Assembly: GCF_009914755.1 (NCBI RefSeq)
Contig: NC_060925.1
Reading direction: 5' to 3' (one strand)
DNA: 64,000 nt
From: the human T2T-CHM13v2.0 reference genome, Homo sapiens
Each line of letters begins with the position of its first letter. The first letter of the stretch is position 1. The notes beneath the pieces were generated by a model that was not told the origin of the DNA, ran no database searches, and saw only the letters and a program-made list of their open reading frames with translations. Positions 39,149 to 54,315 of this stretch are shown here, one piece after another. Made by a program: the position numbers and the translations under genes.

Positions 39149-39149
39149 C

Positions 39150-39695
39150 TTTTGCAAATGTTCTCCCACTATCTGCTGGCCTACATTGTTTCTGATGATT
39201 CCTTTGTATCATTTCCTTCTATATACATGTTATTTTTTTCTGTCTTCAATTTAAAAAAAAATTTCAGCTGTTTGACTGTTATGGGCCTATATGAGATTTT
39301 CTTTGTATTTATTCTATCTGGGGTCCATTGAGTTTCTTGAATCTGTAAATTTATGTCACTCACTGAATTTGAAAAAAATGTAAGCCACCATTAAAAAAAT
39401 GTTTGTATAACTCATGTTCTTTCTGCTCTCCCTTTGGGACTCCAATTATATGTATGTTAAATATTTAAATATTGTCCTACAGCTCTCTGAGGATATTTTA
39501 ATATTTTTCAATCTTTTCTTTGTTCTTCAGACTGGATAATTTCCATTGATTTATCTTTAAGTTCACTGACTGTGTTTCCTTGGTTATCTTCATTCTGCTA
39601 TTTGTTCAATTCAACAAATTTGTTATTTTAGATGCTATATTTTTCAGTTCTAGAGTTTACATTTGATTCATTTTTTATAGTTTATTTTTCTCTGA
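39150..39695 (-). mobile_element. L1M ORF1-region fragment
   Basis: ORF track remnant DINLQIQETQWTPDRINTKK...RPITVKQLK. Confidence 0.75.
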
Positions 39696-39699
39696 ACCA

Positions 39700-39865
39700 G
39701 CAGTGCTACTTAGCTGCTGTGAGGTAGAGGCAAGTCATTTAACTTTTCTGGGCCTTCCTTTCCTCATAAGTGAAAAACAATGATTGCTATTAGGCAAGCT
39801 AATTGTTAAGACCAAATGCAAGTAATATTTTCTACAGTGTTTTAAATCAATAGTAGCTATTATTA
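39700..39865 (+). mobile_element. MIR
   Basis: acttagctgctgtga...ggcaagtcatttaacttttctgggccttcctttcctcat. Confidence 0.7.
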
Positions 39866-39879
39866 TGGTGGATTATTAT

Positions 39880-39885
39880 TTTGTT

Positions 39886-39918
<33 letters not shown>

Positions 39919-40020
39919 TTTGCTTTTTAGAGACAAGATTTTTCTCTGTTACCCAGGCTGCAGTGCAGTGGCATGATTTCACTGCAGTCTCGACCTCCCA
40001 GACTCAGGTGATGATCTTCC
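39880..40020 (-). mobile_element. Truncated AluJ right arm with (TTG)n tail
   Basis: TSD atggtg(g/t)attatt at 39865 and 40021. Confidence 0.82.
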
Positions 40021-40194
40021 ATGGTGTATTATTTTAATTGCCTCCTATTTTAATTGTCTTGACAGCCATTCCCATTTTAACCATTCTCCACTTTCATTTC
40101 ATGTTAGAATCATCCTTACATAACATAAATTAGTTGACTCCCATCATTAAAGGATTTAATGATGGCTCAATACCTATAGTATAGTATTTCAATT

Positions 40195-40320
40195 TCTTTT
40201 TTCTTTCTTTCTTTTTTTAAGATGGAGTCTTGCTGTGTCACCCAGGCTGAAATGCAATGATCTTGGCTCACTGCAACGTCTGCCTCCCAGATTCAAGCAA
40301 TTTTCCTGTCTCAGCCTCCC
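40195..40320 (-). mobile_element. Truncated AluS right arm within a plus-strand L2 (~40050-40860)
   Basis: agatggagtcttgctgtgtcacccaggctg...cagcctccc. Confidence 0.8.
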
Positions 40321-41003
40321 ATTTTTATTTCTTTATTTGACTTCTATTACTTGTCATTACTTAGCTCCACTGTTTTACCAGACCCATCTCTCACTATTTC
40401 TGTGGACTCTGCACTGACATGTCCCGTCACCTGCTCTTTCCCATCATAGCTATTACAGTATCAGTTCCACATTTGTACATGCTATTACCTGAGTCTAGCA
40501 TTTCTCCACAACCTATCCCCTATCCTGCATGTAGTCATCATCTTGTACAATCTGGCTTAGATGTATAATCCTTTGTGGATTTTTTTCTTATTTATTTTGA
40601 GAAGGATAGTCTCTCCTTCTATTGTGCTCCCATGACACTATATTTATTTCTCTGCTATTGTACTTCAATTTTATTGAAATTATTGTCTACTTATGTATCT
40701 CTATCCTTCCCAACCCCTTTCTCCCCTGACCAGACCAGCCTATAAGATCCTTGATAGCATTAACTTGTCTTGTTCACTTTTGGCTCTTAAGTTCATAAGC
40801 ACATAGCTATGACATAGTAAAAAGCTGAAAACAATATTTACATGATGATTAAATATATTAATAGCAAGAATTTATTTTACTTCTAATACTTTTAGATTAC
40901 CAGGTATATTTTTGAAGGAAAACCAAGTACATTTTTGTGGAGGAACTTGTACACTTTTACAGATCTTAGAATACAAAATAAATGCTCATTTTAAATAATG
41001 ACA

Positions 41004-41523
41004 GTATTAGCTAAATGTGGCTGCATAACAAATTACCCCAATATTTAGCAGCTTAAAATAATAATCTTTATTATATCCTAGTTTTTATGAGTCAAGATTC
41101 CTGGCAACAGCGAGATGCCATTGTCTCAGGATCTCTCTCAAGGCTGCTGGTCAGGGCTGTAGACATCTCAAGGTTCAAGCAGGGGAGACCCCATTTCCAA
41201 ACTCGCTCACCATGGTGTCAGGTCCTTGATGGCTATTGTCTGGAGACATCAACTTCTTGCCATGTGGACCACTTCATAAGGAAGCTTTCAACATGGCAGC
41301 TGACTTCCTTCAGAGTAAGTGCACAAGAAAGCAGAAATAGGGCACCCTAGATGGAAGACACTGTTTTTTGTAATCTAATCACAGGATAACATTCCATCAT
41401 TTTTTCCATATTCTATTTATTATTTGCAAGTCACTAGGTCCAGCCTACACTCCTGGAGTGATTGCTCAAGGGCATGTGTATCAATGGATTCACTGGATGC
41501 CACCTTAGAGGCTGTCTACCGCA
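41004..41523 (-). mobile_element. MLT1F-like MaLR solo LTR
   Basis: gctgcataacaaattacccc...aacatggcagctgacttcc...ccttagaggctgtctaccgca. Confidence 0.8.
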
Positions 41524-41818
41524 ACAACAATTAACAGTTTCAAACAAGTTTTTCTCTAATAATAAAAGTAAGAAATCTCATTACTGAAAATTTGGAAACA
41601 AATTTGTAAAAAAGAAGAAAAAGCCATCTATAGTTCTACTATCTAGGAAACCCAGTTAATATTCTGAAGTATCACACTAACTTTTAAACCAAATTTTTAT
41701 ATAGTTGAAATAATAGCTGCATATCTCGTTTTCAATTATTATTATGTCTCTGAAAATGCCACATTATTGCAATATATGTATCATTGCTTATCCATTCTCT
41801 AATTGTTGAATATTTTGA

Positions 41819-42187
<369 letters not shown>

Positions 42188-42707
42188 AATAAGCAGTTTT
42201 CAAATGAACAAGCATAACTTGAAGTTTTTTGATACTAAAAAAAGAAAATAATTTTAAAAATGGGGGCAGGTTACAACTCCCATAACAGAAGGAACATATC
42301 TGCCCTGTGCCATTGTTAAGAGTGCTGCTTTTTTATTTTTACACTGTCTATGTGCTTGTTTAGGGGTTTTATTTGATGGTATTTACTTGGAACTAATCAG
42401 AAAACTCTTTTGTGTATGCTTCATTTAAATTCTTCCTCAGAGGTGGAAAAGACAGGCTTTATGAATAGATCATACTCCACAGGTTGACAAAACAGCCCTG
42501 TTGCAATTATTTTTTATTAGTAACAATAATAACCTTTGTTTAGTGTTTTACCTTGTGAAGAAGGTAAGACAGGTATTATTATCATCTACATATTTTGGAA
42601 ATGTAGAGGACTTGCAGTCATTTGCCCCAGGTCATCCAACTATTGTGATTAAATATGCAAATTATATAATTGGCCACATTAGGCAAATTATACACAAATA
42701 CACACAC

Positions 42708-42908
42708 AAGCCAATTGACATACTTAACTATATTTCTAAATCAAGACTTCAAGTTTAAGTAAATTCAGTTTATGAAAAAGCCAACTGACATCCTATTCTA
42801 TATCTTCAAAAAAGGATTTCAAATATATTTAAATTCAGTTTACTCAAAAGTAAATTAATATGCTGAACTACATCTTCAAATCAAAATTTCAGGTTTATAT
42901 AATTTCAG
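42708..42908. repeat. Diverged tandem repeat, 70-bp period, ~3 copies
   Basis: ccaattgaca/ccaactgaca at 42711/42781; aaattcagtt at 42761/42831 and aatttcagg at 42901; atcttcaaa at 42802/42872. Confidence 0.8.
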
Positions 42909-43148
42909 GGTAGTTGATTCTACTCAAAGGTCTGTAGATAGCACCTTTTGAAATTTTGACAGACTTCCATGGTTACCATGATAACATTTCTAAATGTTAG
43001 AAAGATAAATTTCCTAAGAAAAACTGTTCTATAAAGTACATACAATATATTTGCTAAGAGAGACTATAATATGTAAAAATAGAAATATAATATCCATAAT
43101 CTACTAAAAAGCATACATTATAAAATTCTTCTAATATTATATTAAAAA

Positions 43149-43270
43149 CCTGGGCAAGGTGCTACATACTTGTAGTCCCAGCTATTCTTGAAGCTGAAGC
43201 AGGAGGATTGCTTGAACTCAGAAGTTGGAGGCCAGCCTGGGGAACATAGTAAGATTTCATCTCTTTAAAA
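43149..43270 (+). mobile_element. FLAM_A-like Alu monomer
   Basis: tgtagtcccagcta...ggaggattgcttgaactcagaagtt...cagcctggggaacatag. Confidence 0.8.
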
Positions 43271-43524
43271 TAATTGTATTAAAAGCATGCATTATAAAAT
43301 TGCTAGGGAAAACTAAAGATATATATTTTTAAACCTCAAAAATAAGAATTATGACCATATACTTTAGAGAAATGGTAAATACTTTGTGCATGCAGTTTTT
43401 TGTCTGTTTTGTTTTTATTTTTTAACACAGAATTGTCTTGAAGATTGGTTAAAGTTTGCTCATCTCTGAACCTTCAGAAAGGCTCTCTCCTACCCCCTTC
43501 TCCATTTGAGTGGATTTTTAAAAA

Positions 43525-44075
43525 AATTTTATTTTGAAATGATTATAGATTCAGCAAAAGTTGTAAATGTAGTACTACAGAGAGATCTTGTATACCTAAC
43601 TTTTCCTAATGGTTACATCTTATATTGCTATGATACAATATCAAACATTGATGTTGTTTGATATTGTATTGATATTGTAACATTGGGACAATGTGTGTAA
43701 ATAGTTTGATGCCATTTCATCACATATGTAGACTCATGTAAACACCACTGCAATAAACATGTAGAACGATCCCATCACTACAACAATGTGGTTCAAGCTG
43801 CCCCTTATAATCCTGTCCACTTCCCTCCCTGCCACCATCCTTGGTGGTAATTTGTTCTCCATCTCCATCTTCTAGCTAATTTGTTCTCCATCTCTATAAT
43901 GTTTTCATTCCAAACATGATATATCAATGGAATCATATAGATTGTGATTTTTACATTGGCTTCCCCCACGCAGCATAATGCCCTTGAGATCCACTCAAGT
44001 TGTATGTATCAATAGGTCATTTTTATTGTTGAGTAGTACTGTCTGGTATAAATGTACCACAGCTTTAAAAAATCA
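43525..44075 (-). mobile_element. L1MC/MD-type 3' end
   Basis: ttttattttgaaatgattatagattca...aatggaatcatata...gcataatgcccttgagatcca. Confidence 0.75.
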
Positions 44076-44974
44076 TTTGGGGTGGATATTTTTAACTAAG
44101 AGTCTTAACTAGATTCAAAAGTGATCATGGAGAAGAACCTTATCTACCTAGAAGGCATTCTCCTGGTACTCAGAGATTTTCTTATCAAGGAAGTAATTGA
44201 AGAAAGGAAAAAAAAATAAGTGTGATTAATGCAATTTTCAGGTTGAATAAAATAAATGCTGTAGAATAGGGATTTTTGGAAGATGGCTTAGGTCTTGATT
44301 TTTTGTTTAAATATCTTGTTTCTAGAAGTAAAACTTTACACAAGTACCAGTATGTATAGAGCCATTTAAGTAAACCAAGCAAGCAGAAAGACAAAGCAAG
44401 AACCAACTTAAGGATTTAAAGTCAAATCTAGTTTAAAAATCTTGGTAGTTTATCATCAAATATTATGCTGTAATAAAGCTATCAGAATAATTTATTTTTA
44501 ATCTATAATTTCTTCCTACCCCAATGTAATCTTGATCAGAAGTTGAAATAAAAACAAAATGAATTCCATCTACACAAATTTCTGGTTTTCACTCTTGTGC
44601 ATGTCTTCAATGTGCTGTCAGTCATATTTCCCCAGTTTTGTATGAAATTTGGTGTGACAATTAAAAACCTAGTCACTGCTTTCCTGATGAAGCAAAGGCT
44701 CATCCTCTGATTTGCATTCTGATTGCTAGCCAGTTTATGGAGTGAATTATCCTTTTTATTGTTATTTGTAACTTAAAAGACTGGTATTAAAATCTCTAGT
44801 GGAGCAATTAAGATCTGTTTGTTCATGAGAATCATGAAATATATTTTATTTTCACATTGGATTTTTTCTATTCCTATAAATTATTTTAAAAATAATTTAC
44901 TTGATGCGAATATCAAAATATATCCAGGTTATACTATATCCATGGTGGGTAGAATTGCATTTTTGTGATTCTAA

Positions 44975-46286
<1,312 letters not shown>

Positions 46287-46298
46287 AAGAATTCACAT

Positions 46299-47065
46299 AT
46301 AACGAATAAAGGCTTACTCTTTCTGACATTTAAAGAGCTCTTAGAAATCAATAAAACCCAAGTTTCCAAATAGGCACCTGCTTTACAAATTAAGAAATAC
46401 AAATGGCTAATAAACATATTAAAAATGTTCAATCTCAGTGGTAATAAAGATGCTAGTCAAGATAACATTAAGATAATACATCACATTTCTTTTTTTCTTT
46501 TTTAGTTACTATGTCCAGTGTTGGACAGGATTCAGGAAAATAGTCATTCATGCTCAGCTCCAAGGTGATTTAGCAATGTGTGTCAAAACCCTAAACATTT
46601 TGCAAACTCTTTACCCTACAATTCTATCATAAGGAAATGATATTGGATATGCTAAATGTTTATGTACAACATATCACTATATTTTTAATATAAAAATCGG
46701 AAAAAAATTACATGACCAAAGACTAGAGGTTGGTTAAATAAATTATGGTATATTTGTGTATTAAAATTCTATCTGATAATTAACAACTATGTTCTGAAGG
46801 AAGCATAATTGATATGAAAATATTTATAATGTATTTTAAGTAAAAATAATTTATACAGGTGTTCAGTTTAGGGTGGCTCTATACGTGTGTGTTTGTTCAT
46901 GCTGTGATTTCCTGCTGACTGTTCATCATTAGCTGAAAGAAAAAGAGTGATAAAATTACATAGAAAATAATAGCAGCCATGGTATTTCAAGTATTTTATT
47001 CTACTTGTTGGTATTTTTACAAATTAATATAGTCATTATGTATTACTATCATAATCAATATTGAA
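46299..47065 (+). mobile_element. L1ME-type 3' region
   Basis: aaagagctcttagaaatcaataa...gaaatacaaatggctaataaacat...ttggttaaataaattatggta. Confidence 0.65.
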
Positions 47066-47689
47066 AAAGAGACAAAACAATAAGAGATTTTTTTTTAAAA
47101 AGTCAGAGAAAGGTATACCATTTCTCTAGGGAAATTTGGCAAGAATGATAGCTCTAAAATGAGAATTCAGAGACTCGTACTGCATATTATGATTCCTTAT
47201 AAAGAGCGACTTAATTTTGCTAAAGAAAAATAACACTGTTGATTCTGGAGTGGTGACTAGAAACGTAATGATTCATCTTCATTATGTATTCATTACTTCA
47301 AGCTCAAATGTGAAGATTTGGAGAATAATAGAGCTCTGTGGTTCTCAGACTTCTCAATTCCATTCGAGATGAACATCTCTCTCTCCTTTGTGTTCCATGT
47401 TCTACCCCGTGGTTCGTTTCATCTGGCAGAGCCTTTTACAACCAGTCAGGTCTTTCACTTAATAATTGATAAGCTGACCAACTGTACAGTGCCTTAGCAA
47501 ATCTGTGTCTATCACTTCTGTTTATGGGAATTCCAAATCTCTCATCCTGCATTCTCTGGTGCTTCCAGAATGCATTTGTTCTCTGTATGCATTTGCCAAA
47601 GGGCCTTAGAAAACCTCGGAGTAAGAAGGCAACACAGAGGGAACCTTTCCTAGATAGCATCTCTGAGGCAGATTATTACATAATTTATT

Positions 47690-48065
47690 CTCAAAAACAC
47701 TACACATTTATGAAAAGTGACCCCATTTTTAATATACCTGCATCCCTCCACACAAGCTGATCTTGGTTCTTAAATAACTCCATGCACTTTACCCCATCCA
47801 TGTCTTTGTCCATGCTGGTTCTTCAGTCCACTGCATCCTTGCCTTTCACATCCTTCTGTTAAAATCCAGCTCATCCTAAGTGCTTAAGAAATAGTTCCAT
47901 TATTTCATTATTGCCTTCTCCATTTTCAATATTACTCTTTCAGGGTAAATTCATTGCTCTTTTAGCCTCCATGAGGAATATGTCTTTTTCATTTTTTTAT
48001 TCCCCACAGCATTGTAATTAAAGGCCTCTCACTCAGTAAACAGAAAATGTTTAGTGAACTAATAC
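47690..48065 (+). mobile_element. L2 fragment
   Basis: ccatgtctttgtccatgctggttcttc...tattccccacagc...cagtaaa...aaatgtttagtgaa. Confidence 0.5.
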
Positions 48066-49202
48066 TGCCTAGTAGACTGACCCTACAGATGGCGTGGGGT
48101 TTAATAACTCTTTCAGATCTGGAATAGTCAGTCTAGATTGATGAGAGATGTCTGAATTCTAAAACACTTGTAAAAGAAAAGTCCTGTAATGCCGCGGTTG
48201 ATATATTATCTTTGAGTTATGTTACACACAGATTTTTTTTGGTAACAGGGCATAATAATGTATTCAATGACTTCTAGGTAACTTTTCCCCCACACTCATG
48301 ATTATTTCTGAAATGTTTGAAAGTAATATTTGCTGCCATTGATAAATGATTTTCTTTTAGTCTTATTTATATTAATCATTTGCTTAGCAAATGTTCTTAA
48401 CACAGCACAACAATAATAAATTCCCCAAAAGTGAGATAAACTCATTAAACATATATTCCCTGATCCTCTGCTATGTGTGGGAATCAGACATTAAGAAAAA
48501 TAAGTGAAATATACAGTATGTTAAAAAGTGACAAATAATATGAAGAAAAATAAAACAATGAAGGGGTATCAGAGTTGGGGGGCAAAATAAATCCAAATAA
48601 ATTAAACTTTATTGTACTTCTCATTTTACAATTCTGTATGTACTTTGGCTCCTGTTTCTTAAGTCATACTAGAACCTCTTCATTTATTAAGTTGTAAGAC
48701 AAAGCATAATGGACTTAATTGAACTGAAAACACAGGAATATATGTTTTAATGCTGCAATGTGGCCAAGACTATTTGAAGTGCTTGAAGAGATAATGAGGA
48801 ATGCAGCACATATGTGTAAAGAAGTAAATTCACATAGTTCATTGAAGTCAATAAAGTAAAAGTCAGATAGCAATTATTTTTGTTAGTTTTCTTTTGACAT
48901 GCCAACATTAAACATTTTAGGAATAGATATTTGAATCCAGTTCCATAACACCTGTATTACAATATCATTGGGATTAAATATTAATGAAATACATTAGTTT
49001 TATGGGGACAATTTTTTTCTACCATGGCAATCAGAGTTGCTTCTTTCCCTTTAAACTCTGATCTATCCTGTTATTAGCTGATACTGCATACTAGGTATGT
49101 AGAGGCACTCTGAATTTTGGAGTGAAATGCCACTTAAAATTTATTCGGGTAAATTGTGGATTCCTAAGAAATGTGATCCAGGCTTTGAATTAGGCATTTC
49201 TG

Positions 49203-49415
49203 GGGAAAGGAAGCAAGGGAGAAAAGGAAGGAAGGCAGGGAGGGATGGAGGGAGGGAGGAAGGAACGAAGGAAGGGGAAAAAGAAGGGAGAGAGGGAGGA
49301 AACGGAGAAAGGAGTGGAGAAGAAGGCCAGAGGAGAGGAAGAAGGAGAAAAAAGAGAGGGACAGAAAAAAAAAGGAGGAATAAGAAAAGAAAAAATAGGA
49401 AGTAGAAAGAGAAAC
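49203..49415. repeat. Polypurine (GA-rich) low-complexity tract
   Basis: ~210 nt almost entirely A/G. Confidence 0.9.
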
Positions 49416-50092
49416 AATGATAATAGAATTATGGCAAATGTTATAAAATAGCATATCTGGAAACAATATTATCAAGTGCTATGTAAATAACTTGATTTTC
49501 TGGGTTTTTGCTTCAAGAAAATGCTTATTTTCTTAGTTACAAAGTTTCTAGTCACTTAAAATGCCCTGGATTTGAGTCTATATTTGATCTCTATAAGCCA
49601 TCTGCCTCTTTGGCAATAGCTATTATATAAATGTTATCTAGATATTTATTTGTCTTCAAATTATTTTTTAATATACCCTAGCCTCTATACTCTACTATGG
49701 TTTTTAGTTCTCTGGCTCTCATACTTTCTTTATAATAGATAAATATGTGGCATCCACTGAAATTCTTCAGTTCTAAAGGTCCTGAGATTTTACTAGTTTC
49801 TACAGCTCTCTGCTGAATATTTCAAAAACATTTGCACAATAGTTTATCCAACAGAGCCATAATATTCACATTTTATTTGTTTAGCAACTGATTATATGTG
49901 TGGTGAAACCTTTCTCAGTCAGTTTTGTGATCCATTGATGGCCGATTTATAATAAATAGGTTATTTTAACATTAGTAACTCTTATTTGACTTGCTTGCTC
50001 TGGTTTATACCTGTTATTGCAGAGCCCTCAAGTATCATTAACATTTTCCCCACCACCGAAGAATTTCTGGAACTCCCCCAGGGGTACCTCAC

Positions 50093-50287
50093 ATGTGCCT
50101 AGATATGAGATCCATCAAGTATGAGTTCCACTTGCACGGATGCTGTCCCGCCCGCCACTATCCAGACCTGTCCAGCGTGGCTGTCTATGCCAGGCTTTCC
50201 TGCCTTGTCCTCTGGTACCATTACCACCCGTTTTGCTGGGGCTGCTCATGCGTTGCAGTGTTTATGGAGCCGAAGTTCCAATGTATT
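50093..50287 (-). other. Candidate non-coding antisense exon
   Basis: Minus-strand acceptor ttctttattttgccacag| and donor CAT|gtgagg; GC/CpG-elevated; stops in all three frames. Confidence 0.3.
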
Positions 50288-52992
50288 CTGTGGCAAAATA
50301 AAGAATGCTTCTCTCTCTCTGTCTCTCTGTCATGTAATACCTTGTTGAAACAAGCTTCTAAGCTGTGCTGCTTATACCTTAATTTAAGAGTTTCTAGTGA
50401 ACTACATTTTTCAGTTTTTATTCACAACCCTTCTTCCTCTGGGCCTTAGATATGCAACTAAATGAATGACAGAGACCCTGCTATAGGTAGAATCCCTCTG
50501 ACAACTGATATACTGGTTATTGGGTAAAATCTAGACTGCTTTCTCTTCCCTAAGGTGGTATTGGTTCCTGATGGTCTCCACAGCCCCTTAAATAGGTAGA
50601 ATCCTGGTATGCCTAACCCAAGCAGGTCAGGAGACATACCCATCAAGGCCTTGCTCCCAGTACTAGGCACTGTTTAGGCATAAATGAGGAGCACCATTCC
50701 ACAAGATAAGCCAGGTCACTGTCTTCCCACTTTCTGTCTTTTGACTACTTCACTATTTTAGATTCTGACCACTTTATAAGTTAGATTATCGACTTTTTGT
50801 GACTCATATAGGAGATATTTTTTCAATGAAGTAACTTCATCATTTTTATTCAATTCCAAGAAAGATTTTGTTGAGTGAAGGAAAAAGATTATTCGAGGAA
50901 TATCTACTAACATCAATAGCCCATGCTGCTTATTTCTTCCATTTCAAAGTTAATTGATGATGGATTCATTTGGCAATTAAATATGATTTATACTACTTGT
51001 TTACTATTTAATAATACCTTGTTTTGACTAGTTAATGTGTTTCCAAAATAGAGCATGCTATTGCACCCAATCAGCTTTATTATTTTCATACTTAAAAACA
51101 AATCATGACTAAGTAGACCATAGCTAAGAATGTGTTCATATGCTGATGTTTTTCTCTACTGATTCCCCATGGTCTAGAAGGGTGCCTAGAGCATGTACAA
51201 AACACACTGGATGCTTGAATGTAGAATGAATGCATCTATCAGTCATTCAATCAAGTTTTTCTGGAGTACAGTATGATCTTGTTAATTCAGTGTTTATTCA
51301 CCTCCATAATTTATTCAGATCTCTGCTAAGTTAACTAAATTCTACCAAAGGATTTCCCCCAGCAACTCTACCCCTCATTTAGGTATCCTAAGTAGAGATT
51401 AGCCTCCCTGGTCCTAGCCCCACTCTATCCTTGAAAGTGTCAGGCAGGCTTGGGGCTGCTTACAAGCCCTTTTGCAACCCACCTTCTCCTTTGCTCCCCT
51501 TTGCTTACTTTCCCCTCAACCACCATCACTAGTCTGACTCTCCACTTCCTTCTTGGCCTCCCATATCCAGTTCTCATGGCCATTTACTGCTGTGGGCCTT
51601 CACTCTAGCTCCATTCTTTTGGATTCATCATATACATTCTCTCCTTTTGATGGGCTGTTTCCTCAGACACATCCAAACAAATCAGGTAAGTCTGAGATTG
51701 ACTCTCTTGATCCACAGCCCCTGCCCAGCCAGCCTAGTCCCAGAAGCAGAGAGACGAAGTCCATGGAGCATTGTTTCTCATCTGGAAACCCATGAGCCTC
51801 CTGATTCAGAAATTACCTGCAGTGACTTAAAAATAAAGATTCCCAATTTCCTGCTTTCAAGAAGCAAGTAACTGGAAAAATTGCGGACTGCATCTAAATG
51901 CATGAGAATATGTTGTTCTTTATTTGAATTGTGCTTTCTCCTGATGATTTGAGTATAAAAATACCTCCTAAATTCCTTCAGATCTAGTAGTAATGGGGTT
52001 AATTTCAATTTTATTAAGAATTTTAACTTGCATGTAAGAAAGCACTCAAGCTGAAATAATTGGCTTACTTCTTTGTAAAATTCATCTTCACATTTGTGAA
52101 TTCCTCTGAACAAAATGTGAGAATTCTGTATATGTGTTTTGTTGAGCATAGCTATGTATATGGACCATTCTTAAGTGATCAAAGAGCTCTATGGGTCAGA
52201 ATTTTCTGTTAGGTTTATAAAAAATTCTCCCCTAAATATATTGAGGCAGCTTTTTTGCTAACACATTTTAAGACTCTTGGATTTAGTTTCCGATGTCATT
52301 GTATCTTTTAAATCAAGTCTTCCTTGGCATCCCTGATTGGGCATTTTCCAGCTCGAAACTCTGTAGCATCCTGTTTATACATCTCTAAGGGCACTTATCA
52401 CACTGTATCTTGAATTGCATTTGTTTTCATTTATTTTATCTTGATGGCATTTCAGGGCACACCACTACCACCTGTCAGCAAAATGTGAGGGTAATGAAGC
52501 TGAAAATCAGGGGAGGGTCACGAATTGGATACTAAAGAATTATCAAAATGCAAAACCACACTCATGCTGGTCGGTGGAAGCAAAGTTGAAGATGTGGCTA
52601 ATGGAACAAGAAACATTAAATCCATATAGGGCATGTTTGAGCATAAAAGTCCACGGGAAAACATGAGATTGTGGTGAGAGGAATCTAATAAAAAGGCAAA
52701 CCTGAGAAGTAATGGTAATATGCACTTGTTCTATTCAGATTTGTTTTCATGGCTGTACTCTTGTACCATTTTGAGTTCTCTTTTGAAGGCCCAGAGCTTC
52801 TCACATCTTTGTAAGCCTTAAAGAAGCAGTCAATTCTATGTGACAAGCAAAGAATCCTATTTCCCATACTTCTATAACTTCAGTGACTATTGCTACCTTT
52901 TTTTCTCCGTAGCATTTAACAGTGACACAAATGTAAGTAATAAATCAAATTTGAATGAATAAATGAATGAAGTATATGTGTGTTTTCACTTT

Positions 52993-53193
52993 TTTTTTCT
53001 TTTTCTGAGACAGAGTCTTGCTCCGTTACCCAGGTTGGAGTGCAATGGCAGCCTCAATTTCCCATGCTCAAGCGACCCTCCCACCTCAGCCTCCAAAGTA
53101 GCTGAGACTATGGGGACTCGCTGCCACACCCAGCTAATTTTTGTATTTTCTGGAGAGATAAGGTCTCATCATGTTGCCCAGGCTGGACTCAAA
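52993..53193 (-). mobile_element. 5'-truncated AluJ
   Basis: TSD tgtgtttt(t)cacttt at 52979 and 53195. Confidence 0.88.
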
Positions 53194-53983
53194 CTGTGTT
53201 TTTCACTTTTCAGAATTAACTAAAAATTTTAACAGACACTGGTATTTGTTCGTGCATACTAGTATAATCTTCTGTGGTTGAGGTAGCAAGTTCTCCAATT
53301 ATACTTTCTATTGCCTCATTAGTCTTCACCTATTAGCAAGTAAGTTTTCTTTAATGGCATATTTAGGATCATTTTAGTGATGGTCATTTATAATAAAAAA
53401 CAAAGACTACAGTACACTCATACACTGTGTGCTAATGTATTGTTTAATTCTACTCCATCTGCAAGTGTTTACTTTCTTTTATTAACTGCATTAGAAGAGG
53501 CTAATTTGTATAGTGTTTACATGTTATTTTCCCCAGTGAGGTGTCTGCTGTCATGCTTCTATGGCTCTATTATACCAGAAAATGATACCACATTGCTTTC
53601 GATTGCTTTAATATAAAAATCAATAAAAAGAATTATATGGGGGGAATCCTCTTATGACTGAAAATATGTAATAAACAAGAGTGAGAGTAAAATAAAAAAA
53701 CATTCTTGAACAAGTTTGATCTTTTTTCCTCTCATCTCTTGCTTTTCTCCTTAAAAGTAAAAAGTCACCTCCTGTATGTCTCAGAGGTACAGCTGTATTA
53801 TCCATTGCCGCTGCTGCATCATCTCTGTAGCAGCCACTGTGTGACAGTTATTTTGCACAGTGCAGGGTAGAAAAAGGAACCAGCAGAAACAGTCTGCACC
53901 GTAATTAAGAAACACTCTTCTCATTCCACTGCTCCCCATTATCTTTTCTTCTCACCTTGGCCTGTGTTTTTCTTCTTCATGAA

Positions 53984-54083
53984 ATGGTAGTAGTTTTCAG
54001 TCTTGTTGAGAAAATAACAATTCGGCGAACCCCAAATGATAGGAAAACTTGTGCACAGAGTCGCAGGTACATGCGGTGTCCAA
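53984..54083 (+). other. Candidate exon / short ORF MVVVFSLVEKITIRRTPNDRKTCAQSR...
   Basis: Kozak gaaATGg; donors CAG|gtacat (54067) and CAA|gtgagt (54084); retained CpGs. Confidence 0.35.
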
Positions 54084-54268
54084 GTGAGTAAACTAACCTA
54101 GTCATTTTCAGGCCAAATTTGAGGCACATAAAGCAAAAATAGAAATATGGCAGAGGTCAGAAATTGCTAGCTGAATTTGTTAAAGAAACTGGATGCCATT
54201 GATTAGTTGGAGGCTTTTTAGTCCAAGAAATTTTTGTCACTGTCCTCAGAGATTTTGTCTTCTTAAGC

Positions 54269-54270
<2 letters not shown>

Positions 54271-54315
<45 letters not shown>

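Noticed and set aside
54071-54091. MRCP resemblance to a CELF2 isoform N-terminus
   Set aside because: Only four residues match and the following sequence differs, so it is coincidental.
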